From the IMG/VR virus record IMGVR_UViG_3300006417_000280: 64,000 nt of DNA; one strand, 5' to 3'. Each line of letters opens with the position of its first letter. The first letter of the stretch is position 1. The notes under the pieces are model-generated. The model was not told the DNA's origin and searched no databases. It worked only from the letters and a program-made list of their open reading frames with translations. Made by a program: the position numbers and the translations under genes. The DNA is from a virus. Below, piece by piece: positions 40,710-50,007 of this stretch.

Positions 40710-40954
40710 AGGAGTCCCAATGGGTCGATTTTTGGACCCCTTCCGTGAATCGAGCCCAAGTGCACCTTATATTTGGACCGTGCCCCCGACTCTGTCCGCC
40801 ACTTTGACCACAACACCACCTTGAGACTATAGTGGGGCCAAGGCTTGCAGTACGAGCGCGAGCCTCGTTGAGCAAACCTCAATGCGGTCTCCCCAACGAG
40901 TGATGTGGACACGACCCGGTACGGGGCCGTGCATCTCTTTATGAATAGGGTCAT
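40706..40954 (-). CDS. Array unit 11 (...GPKIDPLGLL)
   Basis: ATGA overlap. Confidence 0.75.
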   Translation of the reverse strand: MTLFIKRCTAPYRVVSTSLVGETALRFAQRGSRSYCKPWPHYSLKVVLWSKWRTESGARSKYKVHLGSIHGRGPKIDPLGLL

Positions 40955-41157
40955 AACAGTCGTAGGGGGTCTATGCTGGGGCCCGTGTCGGGCCCGCTCA
41001 GCGATGATGACCGCCTCATCCGATCCGTTGGTGAGGAGCCAGACGAGCAGGATATCTGGATAGGCTTCACTATGATAGCGCGTGGTGACCGAGACGACCA
41101 AATCCAGACACCCGACCGCGACGTGTGGATTCCTTTACGAGCCACCAGAAAGATCAT
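40951..41157 (-). CDS. Array unit 12 (...GPSIDPLRLL)
   Basis: Has its own GGAGG RBS. Confidence 0.75.
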   Translation of the reverse strand: MIFLVARKGIHTSRSGVWIWSSRSPRAIIVKPIQISCSSGSSPTDRMRRSSSLSGPDTGPSIDPLRLL

Positions 41158-41187
41158 CAGACCTCCACGGCAGCTGACCGTTGGCGT

Positions 41188-41415
41188 TCAACGAGCGCGA
41201 TACGCGCCAATACGCGGGCCGTGTTTGGGTGACCAGGAGGCGATCTGTGACCGGCAGCCCTTCGCACTCGAGACAACTCGTTGCGTCACAACCGTGTCCG
41301 TTGCTGAGCGCGCCTGGAGTTGGAAGGGCGTATCCGAGCAGGACCCATAGATCCCATGTCGGTGTACCTCGAGAGCCGACCCTGATTGCTGTAGATTCGG
41401 ACAGATGAGCATCAT
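41188..41415 (-). CDS. Array unit 13, degenerate tag (...GPRIGAYRAR)
   Basis: ATGA overlap with unit 14. Confidence 0.6.
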   Translation of the reverse strand: MMLICPNLQQSGSALEVHRHGIYGSCSDTPFQLQARSATDTVVTQRVVSSAKGCRSQIASWSPKHGPRIGAYRAR

Positions 41416-41615
41416 AGGAGCCTCCGTTGGTCTATTGCGAAACCCTCAGTGAGGGACTTGGAGTCACAGATTGCAGGCGTGGTGGCCCATGTTCGTATTT
41501 CAGGCATCCCTCTCCATTCTGGAGAGGATCCGAGCACGTACAGATTACTGGAATGTGTCCAGGACCAGCTATGCCAGGTCCATGACACGGAGCCAAGTCC
41601 GACCCATCGCATCAT
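41412..41615 (-). CDS. Array unit 14, variant tag (...GFAIDQRRLL)
   Basis: GGAGGG RBS just downstream of the AAA ATPase stop. Confidence 0.7.
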   Translation of the reverse strand: MMRWVGLGSVSWTWHSWSWTHSSNLYVLGSSPEWRGMPEIRTWATTPAICDSKSLTEGFAIDQRRLL

Positions 41616-41637
41616 ATGGCCCCTCCGGCCTTCACCG

Positions 41638-42774
41638 CTACGAAGCCACCGCGCTGCGGATGTCTTGCAGCATGGACGCGATGTGGGGGTTCTCCGTGTT
41701 CTTCGCGCTCACTTCCAGGAGGTCTCGCGACCCACCCAGGGCCGAGTAGGCCACGATGGCCGATGCCCCGTGCTCGAAGTCGCTGCCTACCATCCAGGAA
41801 AGGGCACCGAAGAACTGCTGCATCACGGCCAGGCTCGCAGGGTTTCGGTGGGGGGAGAGCGTCGGCGTCTCGCTGCTGGCCGCACGAACCAACTGCACCG
41901 CATGATGACTAAGCCCCGTGGTGATGGCGATGACCTTGTCAGGACTGCCCATCAGCTCCTTGGGGTTGGGGATGGCGGCTTGAGGGTTTGCGAAAACATC
42001 CGAAATGGGGGGGAGGTTCATCACCATGTTGCGGTAGGCCATGAACTCGACGGCCACACCTTCGCCAACGTATCCTGCCACCGTGTCCGAAACACACCGC
42101 GCTCGCTCAGCTGCGGGCAGGCACGATGAGAGCATCGTCCAGGAGCGCGGAGTGGCGAACCGACCCCGCGTGTCTGCGTCTCCAGGACCCGTGCTGAACA
42201 TGTTCGGGCGCCATCGCAGGAAGCCGATGATAGCGGGATCGCCACCCTGCTCGATGAACCAGGCCGCCCATGGGTCAAACTGCGGCTCCAACTCCATGAT
42301 GCAGACTGCATTTCGGAAGTGGGACGGCAGCGTGATCGCACCAGCCTGATCCTCGCGGCGGTTGCCCGTCACAACGATCAGGACGCCCGGTGAGAGCGTG
42401 ACGCCGTTCAGCCTGCGATCGAGCACGACCTGCCGCACGGCCGCAGCGGTTGCCGATGTGGCCGCGGGCAGGTCATCGAACACCAGACAGCCAATCGCGT
42501 CCGGCTGCGAGAGCCGGACGGCCCATTCCTGCGGACTGTACTTGGTCTGCCCACCGTCGCGAAACGGAAGGCCACCAATGTCCTCAGGGGAACGCGACGT
42601 GAGGTCGAGCACCTCAAGCTGCGCGTTCGGGCCCATCTCCTTCACGGCCGCCGCTGGAACCGACGACTTGCCGATGCCAGGGGGCCCCACGAGAAAGACC
42701 GTGGGAGGAATGGCCACTCGGCGGTTGTGCCAACTGGCCAGAAGGAATTCCTTGGCTGTCTGGAAGGAGATCAT
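41638..42774 (-). CDS. MoxR-like AAA+ ATPase
   Basis: Walker A GPPGIGKS, DIGGLP, Walker B variant LVFDDL, TGNR, ATPRSW. Confidence 0.9.
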   Translation of the reverse strand: MISFQTAKEFLLASWHNRRVAIPPTVFLVGPPGIGKSSVPAAAVKEMGPNAQLEVLDLTSRSPEDIGGLPFRDGGQTKYSPQEWAVRLSQPDAIGCLVFDDLPAATSATAAAVRQVVLDRRLNGVTLSPGVLIVVTGNRREDQAGAITLPSHFRNAVCIMELEPQFDPWAAWFIEQGGDPAIIGFLRWRPNMFSTGPGDADTRGRFATPRSWTMLSSCLPAAERARCVSDTVAGYVGEGVAVEFMAYRNMVMNLPPISDVFANPQAAIPNPKELMGSPDKVIAITTGLSHHAVQLVRAASSETPTLSPHRNPASLAVMQQFFGALSWMVGSDFEHGASAIVAYSALGGSRDLLEVSAKNTENPHIASMLQDIRSAVAS

Positions 42775-43058
42775 GACGGCTTCTGATCCCGGGGGAGCGG
42801 GAACTTCCACTCGTTGCAGTCGACGATGCTGGCCATGTTGACCCAGACCGGCAGGGTGGCCGGGTACGGCTCCACCTCGTTGATGTTGTCGTTGCCGTGC
42901 GCCATCATGGTCCCGAACCGACCCGTGACCGGGATCCATGCGGCCTCGGTGAGGACGAGGAAGCCGTCGTCGGTGACCTTCTCCAGGCTCCCCGTGTAGT
43001 AGTGGGTCACCGTTCGGATGAAGAGGTTCTTGCCCACGAAATCTTTCATGCTGCTCAT
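42771..43058 (-). CDS. Small beta-rich phage protein (FIRTVTHYYTG family, possibly Sm/SH3-like barrel)
   Basis: VGKNLFIRTVTHYYTG.L...L..AAWI..TGRF...EVEP; coupled to the ATPase by ATGA. Confidence 0.75.
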   Translation of the reverse strand: MSSMKDFVGKNLFIRTVTHYYTGSLEKVTDDGFLVLTEAAWIPVTGRFGTMMAHGNDNINEVEPYPATLPVWVNMASIVDCNEWKFPLPRDQKPS

Positions 43059-43349
43059 GTTGTGTTGCTCCAGGTTGTTGTTTGCTGCCCACCCTCCCTA
43101 CGCACTCCGGGATGCAGCACACACGGGCTGCCTACGAGTCGGGCCCACGAGTCACATTTACAGGCCAGCGTCCCGTAACCTGCAGGATGTAGCGGAGACC
43201 GTGAAGACCACGAAGGACTTGCACCACAAGCCAGCATGCGAGAAGCCAGCAAAAGGCCCACCCCGAGCCGCGCATCAGGCTGATACCAGCCGTGGCGATG
43301 GCGATGGCCCACACGTAAGGATTCCCCATTGCAGGGCGCAGCGTGGGCT

Positions 43350-44084
43350 TCATTCACCAACATCCGGTTCCTTGTCGTAGAACGGCAGCGCGCCATCCGG
43401 GATCACATCCGTCAGACGGCTCGCGGCCCGTTCCTCGGTAGCGCGGAACGCTGCCTCAAGGCTGCCAGTCACGTTGCCCAAGCTCTGATCCCTTGAGATC
43501 AGGTCCATGCGTGGCATGACGAGCTGCGCGAACGGGTTAGCCACCCATTCGTGCGTGGGTGGCTTCGGGGGTGGCTTCGGGCCAGGCTCGTAGAAGGTGG
43601 GCCATGGGTCCCAGCGGTCTGTCAGGCGCCAGGGGCCCACCACGTTGCCCGTGGCAAGCTCCACCGAGCACTCGATGTAGACGACGCCGTGCTCCACCCC
43701 CTCGTCCGTCCACCACTCATAGCGGTAGGTGCGGCCGTTGTGGTGCAAGAGCTTCTGGTGCTGCACGTTGGACGGGCGCTCCATATCAAACAGCGGAGAC
43801 ATCACCGCCCATACTGGAATTCCGCCGTCCGCACGGACACTGGCGACGCGCTCGTCGTCGAGCCTGTCCATCTCTGCGATGGTGATGTCCTGCGTGGGCC
43901 GCCACTCCCTGTCGAAGAGGACGGACACGGGCTCAAGAGCAACCCGAATCGCCTCCTCCACGATCGTCGCGCAGGGTGGGCAGTAAGTCGGGTTATTGGG
44001 GGTTTGCATACCCCCGTAGCCCGACATCTGATAGGAGTAGGTGGTGCCGCAGTGGTTGCAGCGTTTCTGCGTGAAGGTGGACAT
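43350..44084 (-). CDS. Hypothetical Zn-ribbon protein ending in a capsid-like motif IPDGALPFYDKEPDV
   Basis: CNHC...CPPC; C-terminal motif. Confidence 0.65.
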   Translation of the reverse strand: MSTFTQKRCNHCGTTYSYQMSGYGGMQTPNNPTYCPPCATIVEEAIRVALEPVSVLFDREWRPTQDITIAEMDRLDDERVASVRADGGIPVWAVMSPLFDMERPSNVQHQKLLHHNGRTYRYEWWTDEGVEHGVVYIECSVELATGNVVGPWRLTDRWDPWPTFYEPGPKPPPKPPTHEWVANPFAQLVMPRMDLISRDQSLGNVTGSLEAAFRATEERAASRLTDVIPDGALPFYDKEPDVGE

Positions 44085-44488
44085 GCTATGCGACCGAGTC
44101 CGTGTCTGTGGGGGATTGTGCACGACACGCGGAACACCATGCCTGCGTGGTGATGACATCGAATCCGTGTTTGGCCGCTCCAGACTTCCTGCGCAGACCA
44201 AAATCGTTGAGGTCTTTCAGGATGGCGCAGTGGGGACACTTCTTGAACGGCTTCCCGTTTCGCAGCTCGTCCGCGTTGATCTGGATGACGTACTTGCCGA
44301 AACCAGACACCCGCAGCTTCCCCTCCAAGACGACGACTTCCGTGTTCCGCAGCATGTCCGCAGCGAGGGATTGCGCATGCGCTTCGTCGCCTGCCGTCTC
44401 CACGGCAAGCACTTTGCCTCGCAGTCGTAGGGCAGCAGAGTAGTGGGTCATTTGGGTACACCTCACCACCCACTACACAGAATTCGCC

Positions 44489-45004
44489 CTAATCGGGGCG
44501 GTTTTGACTCCGCTCGGTGGAGAACCCATCGGGGTAGCGGCGGCGCAGCTTCGCAATATTGGCCTCGCATACCGTGGCCAAGTCGCTGCCCATCGACGCG
44601 GACAGCGTGGCAACATCGACAAAAACAGCTTGAAGCAGCGCCGTGATCTTGGCCTCATCGACAGGGTGGCCGTGACCAATGGTCTTCTTCACGGTGCCTG
44701 TCAGGATTCCCGTGCTGATGACCAGGTCGTCGGCCAGGCTCCACGGATCGTCATCGCAGTCCCGAGGATGAGTGTCTATCGCCCCGAGCGAGATGCCAAA
44801 CGCGGATGCCAGCTCGGCCCCGTACCAGACCAGGTCCCCGATCTCGAGCACAACTTTGTCGTGCTCGGCTCCCTGCCGCACGACGTCGAGCACTTCGGCC
44901 GCCTCTTCGGACAGCCCCAGGCCTGCCACGGCAAGCCGCAACGTGTGCTCGCGAGTGGGTTGGGCAGTTCGTAGAGCCGCACGCTGGTACTTTAGTAGGT
45001 TCAT
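44489..45004 (-). CDS. MazG-like nucleotide pyrophosphohydrolase
   Basis: YQ..ALRT, GLSEEAAEV, EIGDLVWY, NIAKLRRRYPDGFS. Confidence 0.85.
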   Translation of the reverse strand: MNLLKYQRAALRTAQPTREHTLRLAVAGLGLSEEAAEVLDVVRQGAEHDKVVLEIGDLVWYGAELASAFGISLGAIDTHPRDCDDDPWSLADDLVISTGILTGTVKKTIGHGHPVDEAKITALLQAVFVDVATLSASMGSDLATVCEANIAKLRRRYPDGFSTERSQNRPD

Positions 45005-45072
45005 GGCGGCTCCGTCGATACCGCGACTATACCGGCCGTGGTGTCGTAGACCACCCCTGGAAGGACATCTCC

Positions 45073-46713
45073 GTGACGATGCACCGCATTGCTATTGACC
45101 GCTACAAGGTGGCCTTCACGGGCTCGGAACACACTGCTTTTGTGGCCCAGCGATTCGCCCGAGGACTGGATGGGTTGTGGGAATCCCCGTCGCCCGGCTT
45201 GGGCCTCACCAGGGATAAGATGCCGCAGGTTGAAGGGGAGAAGACCGTCGCCGAACTCCTGGCTGGAGACGTGGAGGAGCGAAAGAAGGCCGAGGCAATG
45301 GTAGCCGCCGGCGCAGCCAGGCAGTCGACCGAGACCGTGCTTCAACACTTCCTGCGACACCTCGAGGGATCGGGGATCCGCGTCAAGGAGACAACCGTGC
45401 CCGTAGGGCGGTTGCGCGCCACGCAATCCGAGATCAAGGCCGAGAAGGTCTACCATATGGTGGCGCAGCACCAGGCGGGCAAGTTCGACAACATCGATGA
45501 CTCCGTCGTGGTGTCTCGTGACAGCTACATCCTGGACGGACATCACAGATGGGCGGCCCTTGTCGTGATTGACCCCGAGCGTCTGATGAACGTGGTCGCC
45601 GTTGACCTGCCGATAGCCGACCTGATCCGTAAGGCCTGGTCGTTTCCAGGCGTCTACCGCGTATCCATCGAGGGCAAGCCCGTGAACACCATGCAGACCC
45701 GCGTTGCCTCCCGCCATCTTGCCCGGGCGTATTCGCCTTCGGACGTGTCCGCCATTGAGGGGAAGTTCGCTACGGCCATTGACCTGTTCACCCGCATTCC
45801 GTTTAGCACTACATGGGTTCGGCTAATCAACACCGGAAGGGCGGTGGCCACATGGGTGGTCGAGACCCGCTCAATCCCAAGAGGAAATGCGAAGGCCGTG
45901 GAGATGGCTGCACGCCTTTTCCTTACGTCGCAGCGTCAACCGAGAGACCATAAGGCATGGTGGGCCAAGAACGAGAAGTACGCTCGACTGCTCCTAGCCG
46001 CATTCAAGTGGCCTGAGAAGCAAGAGGGTGGTGAAGGAGTCCAGGAGAAGGTGGCCGTTGGCCCATTCGTGATGCACAACACGCTCCACCTCGAGGACGA
46101 GAAGCTCCAGAGCACCATCGCCGTAGTGGAGAAGGCCACCGCTCGCATCCGCTCATCCAACAGCAAGCTCGCGAAGGTGCTCTACGGGGACGTGTTCGTC
46201 GTCGGACGGATTGCGCAATCGAAGACGCGGGCCTGGTACTACGTGAATGACGACTCGTTGTACCTCCGGCTCATGACCGGACTCACAGAAGTCCGCTCCT
46301 TGTGCCACGAGCTAGGGCACCGCTACTACTTCAAGTTCCTCACCGAAGAACAACGGAAGCAGTGGCGCAAGGAGTTCACCGCCATTTCTTACGCCCCCAA
46401 GGGGAAGGTGGAGCTACCAAAGGTGGGGGGGCCGCTCGGCATTCCAGTCCGTGGGAGGAGCAGCATGCCCATTGTGAAGAGCTACGAGTTCACTCCCCGT
46501 GGCACGCACATCATCACGCTTGAAGGCGGTGGCGAGGTTTCGGTAGACCAAATCTACAAGCTACTCGTGCAGCAAGCGCAACACAGGAAGTTCCCCACCC
46601 CCTATGCGTCCACGAACCACGAGGAGTACTTCGCAGAGGCGTTCGCCGACTACGTGGGGGGCGACCTGGCACCTGAGCACGTCAGGATCTTCGAGGAGAT
46701 TGTCGGGATCTAA
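45073..46713 (+). CDS. Fusion of a ParB/Srx-like domain and a lethal-factor-like zincin domain
   Basis: LRATQSEI...ILDGHHRWAA; HELGH...YASTNHEEYFAEAF. Confidence 0.75.
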   Translation: MTMHRIAIDRYKVAFTGSEHTAFVAQRFARGLDGLWESPSPGLGLTRDKMPQVEGEKTVAELLAGDVEERKKAEAMVAAGAARQSTETVLQHFLRHLEGSGIRVKETTVPVGRLRATQSEIKAEKVYHMVAQHQAGKFDNIDDSVVVSRDSYILDGHHRWAALVVIDPERLMNVVAVDLPIADLIRKAWSFPGVYRVSIEGKPVNTMQTRVASRHLARAYSPSDVSAIEGKFATAIDLFTRIPFSTTWVRLINTGRAVATWVVETRSIPRGNAKAVEMAARLFLTSQRQPRDHKAWWAKNEKYARLLLAAFKWPEKQEGGEGVQEKVAVGPFVMHNTLHLEDEKLQSTIAVVEKATARIRSSNSKLAKVLYGDVFVVGRIAQSKTRAWYYVNDDSLYLRLMTGLTEVRSLCHELGHRYYFKFLTEEQRKQWRKEFTAISYAPKGKVELPKVGGPLGIPVRGRSSMPIVKSYEFTPRGTHIITLEGGGEVSVDQIYKLLVQQAQHRKFPTPYASTNHEEYFAEAFADYVGGDLAPEHVRIFEEIVGI

Positions 46714-46961
46714 GCGGTTCAGGGTACGGGGTGTCTCGCGTAGAGGGCACATGACCAAGCATCAACGACAAGACTCCACCACCGACCAACTCAACGATGT
46801 CGCGGCCAACCTCAAAGCCGACCGCGACGACCTTGCCGATTGGATCTTGGACGAGGGCAAGCCCCCATCCAAGGGCGACATGGGCCAGGCGTACCGCATG
46901 GCCGTGAACCTCGGCTGCTACGACGCGGCCGACTGGATCCGTCGGCGCGCAGAACGGTAGA

Positions 46962-48035
46962 TCACCAGAGATCGCAGACGGTCTTGAGGATCACCGTGCA
47001 GATCTGGTACGGATCCGCGTTGGCCGCGGGCCGCCTGTCTTCCAGGTAGCCACAGCCCTGCGTAGCCACATGACGAGGGATCCGAATCGAAGCTCCCCGG
47101 TCGGCGATTCCAAACCGGAAGGTGTCGATATCGCAGGTCTCGTGCTTCCCGGTGAGCCGGAGGTGATTGTCCGCCCCGTAGACTGCGATGTGTTCAGGTA
47201 CCTTGGTGCCGAACTTGATGCACGAGTCTGTGATGGCGTCCATTCCGACCCTCGTGCCCGCGGGAAAGTCGTCCAACGACTTTCCCTGCGGATCTGCCCG
47301 CATGGCACAGGTGCTGAAGTTGACGTGTTGGCCCGTGCCGTTCCAATCACCCTGGACTGGCTTCGGGTGGAGGGTGGCGTTGATGTCGTAGTCCTCCCCG
47401 AGACGGTAGAGGAGCCACCGAGCGATCCACAGATGGTCGGAGACGGTGAGCGGGTCTCCGGCACCGATCTGGAACTCGGCCTGGCCCAGCAACACCTCGA
47501 AGTTGATACCCTCGATGAGCAGGCCCGCCTCGATGCAGGCGCGCATGTGCGCTTCGACGAGGTTGCGTCCGGCCACCTCATCGGCACCCACGCCGCAGTA
47601 GAACGGCCCCTGCGGGGGAGGGTACCCTCGGTCGGGCCAGCCGAGGATGCGGCCACCTCGAAGCAGCGTGTACTCCTGCTCGATGCCGAACCAGGGCTTG
47701 GCATCGCTGGCCCCGGCATCGAGCACACTGCGTAGCTCGGCCCGCTTGTTCGACGGGTGGGGAGTCACCCCGTCCGGCATGAACACCTCGCAGAGCACGA
47801 GGGTCGCATCGCCCTTGCGGATAGGGTCTGGCACCACGCACACGGGCTTGAGCACCCGGTCGGAGTCGCTCCCGTCCGCCTGGTACGTCGACGAGCCGTC
47901 GAAGCCCCACACGGGGTAATCCTCTGGATTCATCGGGGCGCACCAGTCTTGACGGGCCATGACCTTCGTCTTCGACCGGAGCTTGGGAGTGGGGACGGAT
48001 CCGTCCACCCAGATGTATTCGACCGTGGTTCGCAT
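46962..48035 (-). CDS. glnII: Glutamine synthetase type II
   Basis: EYIWVDG, WGFDGSST, GIEQEY, PQGPFYCGVG, GDWNG.G.H.NFS, RLTGKHET, YLEDRRP. Confidence 0.95.
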   Translation of the reverse strand: MRTTVEYIWVDGSVPTPKLRSKTKVMARQDWCAPMNPEDYPVWGFDGSSTYQADGSDSDRVLKPVCVVPDPIRKGDATLVLCEVFMPDGVTPHPSNKRAELRSVLDAGASDAKPWFGIEQEYTLLRGGRILGWPDRGYPPPQGPFYCGVGADEVAGRNLVEAHMRACIEAGLLIEGINFEVLLGQAEFQIGAGDPLTVSDHLWIARWLLYRLGEDYDINATLHPKPVQGDWNGTGQHVNFSTCAMRADPQGKSLDDFPAGTRVGMDAITDSCIKFGTKVPEHIAVYGADNHLRLTGKHETCDIDTFRFGIADRGASIRIPRHVATQGCGYLEDRRPAANADPYQICTVILKTVCDLW

Positions 48036-48295
48036 TGGGAGCCCTCGTGATGTGAGACGGGGGCACCCTACCGGCCTGTCAGGAAGTCTCGGACACCGCG
48101 CGACCCGCATGCATGCCCGCCAACGTCCGGGCCCGATCCGTGAGGCTCTGGATCAGGCTGTTCAGAATCAGCTTCTGGTCGGCCAGGGTGAGCCGCACTT
48201 TCGCGACGCTCTCGTCACCAGGCGGGAAGATGAGGAGGGACACCCCATCGTCGTCGAACGAGATGCCTTGGAACTTGGCATAGGTGTCCACCCAC

Positions 48296-48841
48296 CTACG
48301 CCCCGCCACCCTCAACCTGAACCGGCTGGATGAGCCAGGCGAGGCAGGAGGCCACCTGCTGTAGCAGTCGTCGGTGCTCGATCGGGAACGAAGGATCGTC
48401 GGCGAACCGCGAGTACTTCATCCAGTCCTTCCACGAGCCATCGGCTAGAAGGCATAGCGGGACATCCTTCATGCGCCTCTCTTGCCACGAGAGATGGAAC
48501 CTCCGGTCGGCCGCGAACGCAAACCGGCTGGCCTCCGTGAGCCGGATGAGCAGGAAGGTCACCCGCACCGTGTTCGCCTCCCAATCCTCACCCGTGGCGA
48601 GCGCCCGCTCTCCGTACTCCACGCACGAGACGCCGTGGCGATTCCCGTAGGTGAGGAGCGAGCCCATCCCCACCCGTTGAAGGATGAACTCCCGCGACGA
48701 CACGGGGAGGAGCTTGGGGGGCAAGCCACCAAGGGCGGCTACCGTGACCTCACCCACCCCATAAAGGAGATGTGGCTTGTGGGAGAAGGCCCCTTGCAGT
48801 GCAAGCTCCTCGATGTCGATGTAGTGCATCAGGAGGCCCAT
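48296..48841 (-). CDS. Hypothetical protein
   Basis: ORF in an operon with the Nudix gene. Confidence 0.55.
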   Translation of the reverse strand: MGLLMHYIDIEELALQGAFSHKPHLLYGVGEVTVAALGGLPPKLLPVSSREFILQRVGMGSLLTYGNRHGVSCVEYGERALATGEDWEANTVRVTFLLIRLTEASRFAFAADRRFHLSWQERRMKDVPLCLLADGSWKDWMKYSRFADDPSFPIEHRRLLQQVASCLAWLIQPVQVEGGGA

Positions 48842-50007
48842 CCAGGGGGGAAGGTGATGGAGGCTCGCCGGGCGCGGTTGAACGTCACCAGGTCCTCGTC
48901 AATCTCGGGGGACGTGCGGGCCATGTGCTCGAAGTCGTCAACCTTCCAGAGGGTCAATTCCAGGCCATCCAGAAGCGGGGACGGTCGGAACATCGGCCCT
49001 CGTGGTGGCACCCACCCTGCGTCGCGCATGGATGCCAGGCATCGGTCAATCATCCCCCGGTCCTTCTCGAGCATGTCCGTGTAATCGTCCACGAACCGGG
49101 TCGCGATCGGGTTGCACCGCACCCATGCCGGGGGCCGACCCACTCGCTGGTGCAGCACACCATCCAGACGGGCTGCGATCTCCCTCGTAGAGAGTCCAGC
49201 GAGAGGGCCTTGCAGGAGGGGTAGGGCGTTGCGCTGATCCAACACGGGGCCGTAGTCGGGGTCGACCTTGGCCCAGACCGAAGCAAGGACGAACTCGGTG
49301 ATGGTGAGCACCGCGACCTCCCCGCACATTTGCGTGCGCTTGTAGAGGAGGCACTCTTCCGGGTCGTTGGGGTTCACGCTCGGGAGCCCCCACAGATTGT
49401 GAAGGCAGTCGTGACTCCGATACAGCACCGTGGCAAGCTGCGACCGCAGCCCGCCGACCGCGTGCTTGCGTGTCGTGAACGGAATCCCGCTCCAACGAGG
49501 GGCCCATTCCGTCACCGTGGGGGAGAACTCCGCGCCCGACTCAATGATGCGGGCCGCCACCCCTTGCAACGAGGGTGGGAAGGCGTTGGCGAGAAAGTCC
49601 CGGATGTTCGTGGCGGCCACGGCTGCCGCTAAGTCGAGCCCCTTCTCGGCCGGGTACAGGGCGGCGATGGCCGCACGGTTGTACGCCCCGAACGGGCCCG
49701 AACACACCGCACTTGGGGGCACCCAGACGATGAACCCTTCGTCAGGCGTCAGGGCTGCCATCGCTTCGTCCTCAAGCACCCCTCGCCAGGTGGATACCTG
49801 CGAGCCTGCGCACTCAGCCACGTAGGGATCCCCCTCCGTGGTGACCCGCCACCCGGTCTCCTCGAAGGTCTCCCGCATAGCGGCCACTCGCGGGTCTTCA
49901 CCGGGCTCCACCTTGCCACACGGAAGCCCAATGCCTTGGCCGTCCGCACGGACGAGGGCGAGCACGAGGCCGTCACGCATGATCAAGGTGCCCGCAGCGG
50001 TGTTCAT
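48829..50007 (-). CDS. Nudix hydrolase fused to an unknown C-terminal domain
   Basis: PCGKVEPGED...AAMRETFEETG Nudix box; C-terminal HDCLH...E motif. Confidence 0.8.
   Translation of the reverse strand: MNTAAGTLIMRDGLVLALVRADGQGIGLPCGKVEPGEDPRVAAMRETFEETGWRVTTEGDPYVAECAGSQVSTWRGVLEDEAMAALTPDEGFIVWVPPSAVCSGPFGAYNRAAIAALYPAEKGLDLAAAVAATNIRDFLANAFPPSLQGVAARIIESGAEFSPTVTEWAPRWSGIPFTTRKHAVGGLRSQLATVLYRSHDCLHNLWGLPSVNPNDPEECLLYKRTQMCGEVAVLTITEFVLASVWAKVDPDYGPVLDQRNALPLLQGPLAGLSTREIAARLDGVLHQRVGRPPAWVRCNPIATRFVDDYTDMLEKDRGMIDRCLASMRDAGWVPPRGPMFRPSPLLDGLELTLWKVDDFEHMARTSPEIDEDLVTFNRARRASITFPPGWAS

Larger units (their letters stand above)
38536..41615 (-). repeat. Tandem array of 14 short coupled genes with a shared C-terminal IDPLR[VLI]L tag
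   Basis: Degenerate ~30-bp repeat every ~190-260 bp encoding the tag, stop and next start. Confidence 0.9.

Noticed and set aside
38536..41615. CRISPR array
   Set aside because: Repeats are degenerate at codon third positions, spacers are 160-230 bp open reading frames, and no cas genes are present.
38536..41615. DGR or integron cassette array
   Set aside because: No reverse transcriptase or integrase in the window, no adenine-specific TR/VR pair, and no palindromic attC-like sites between units.
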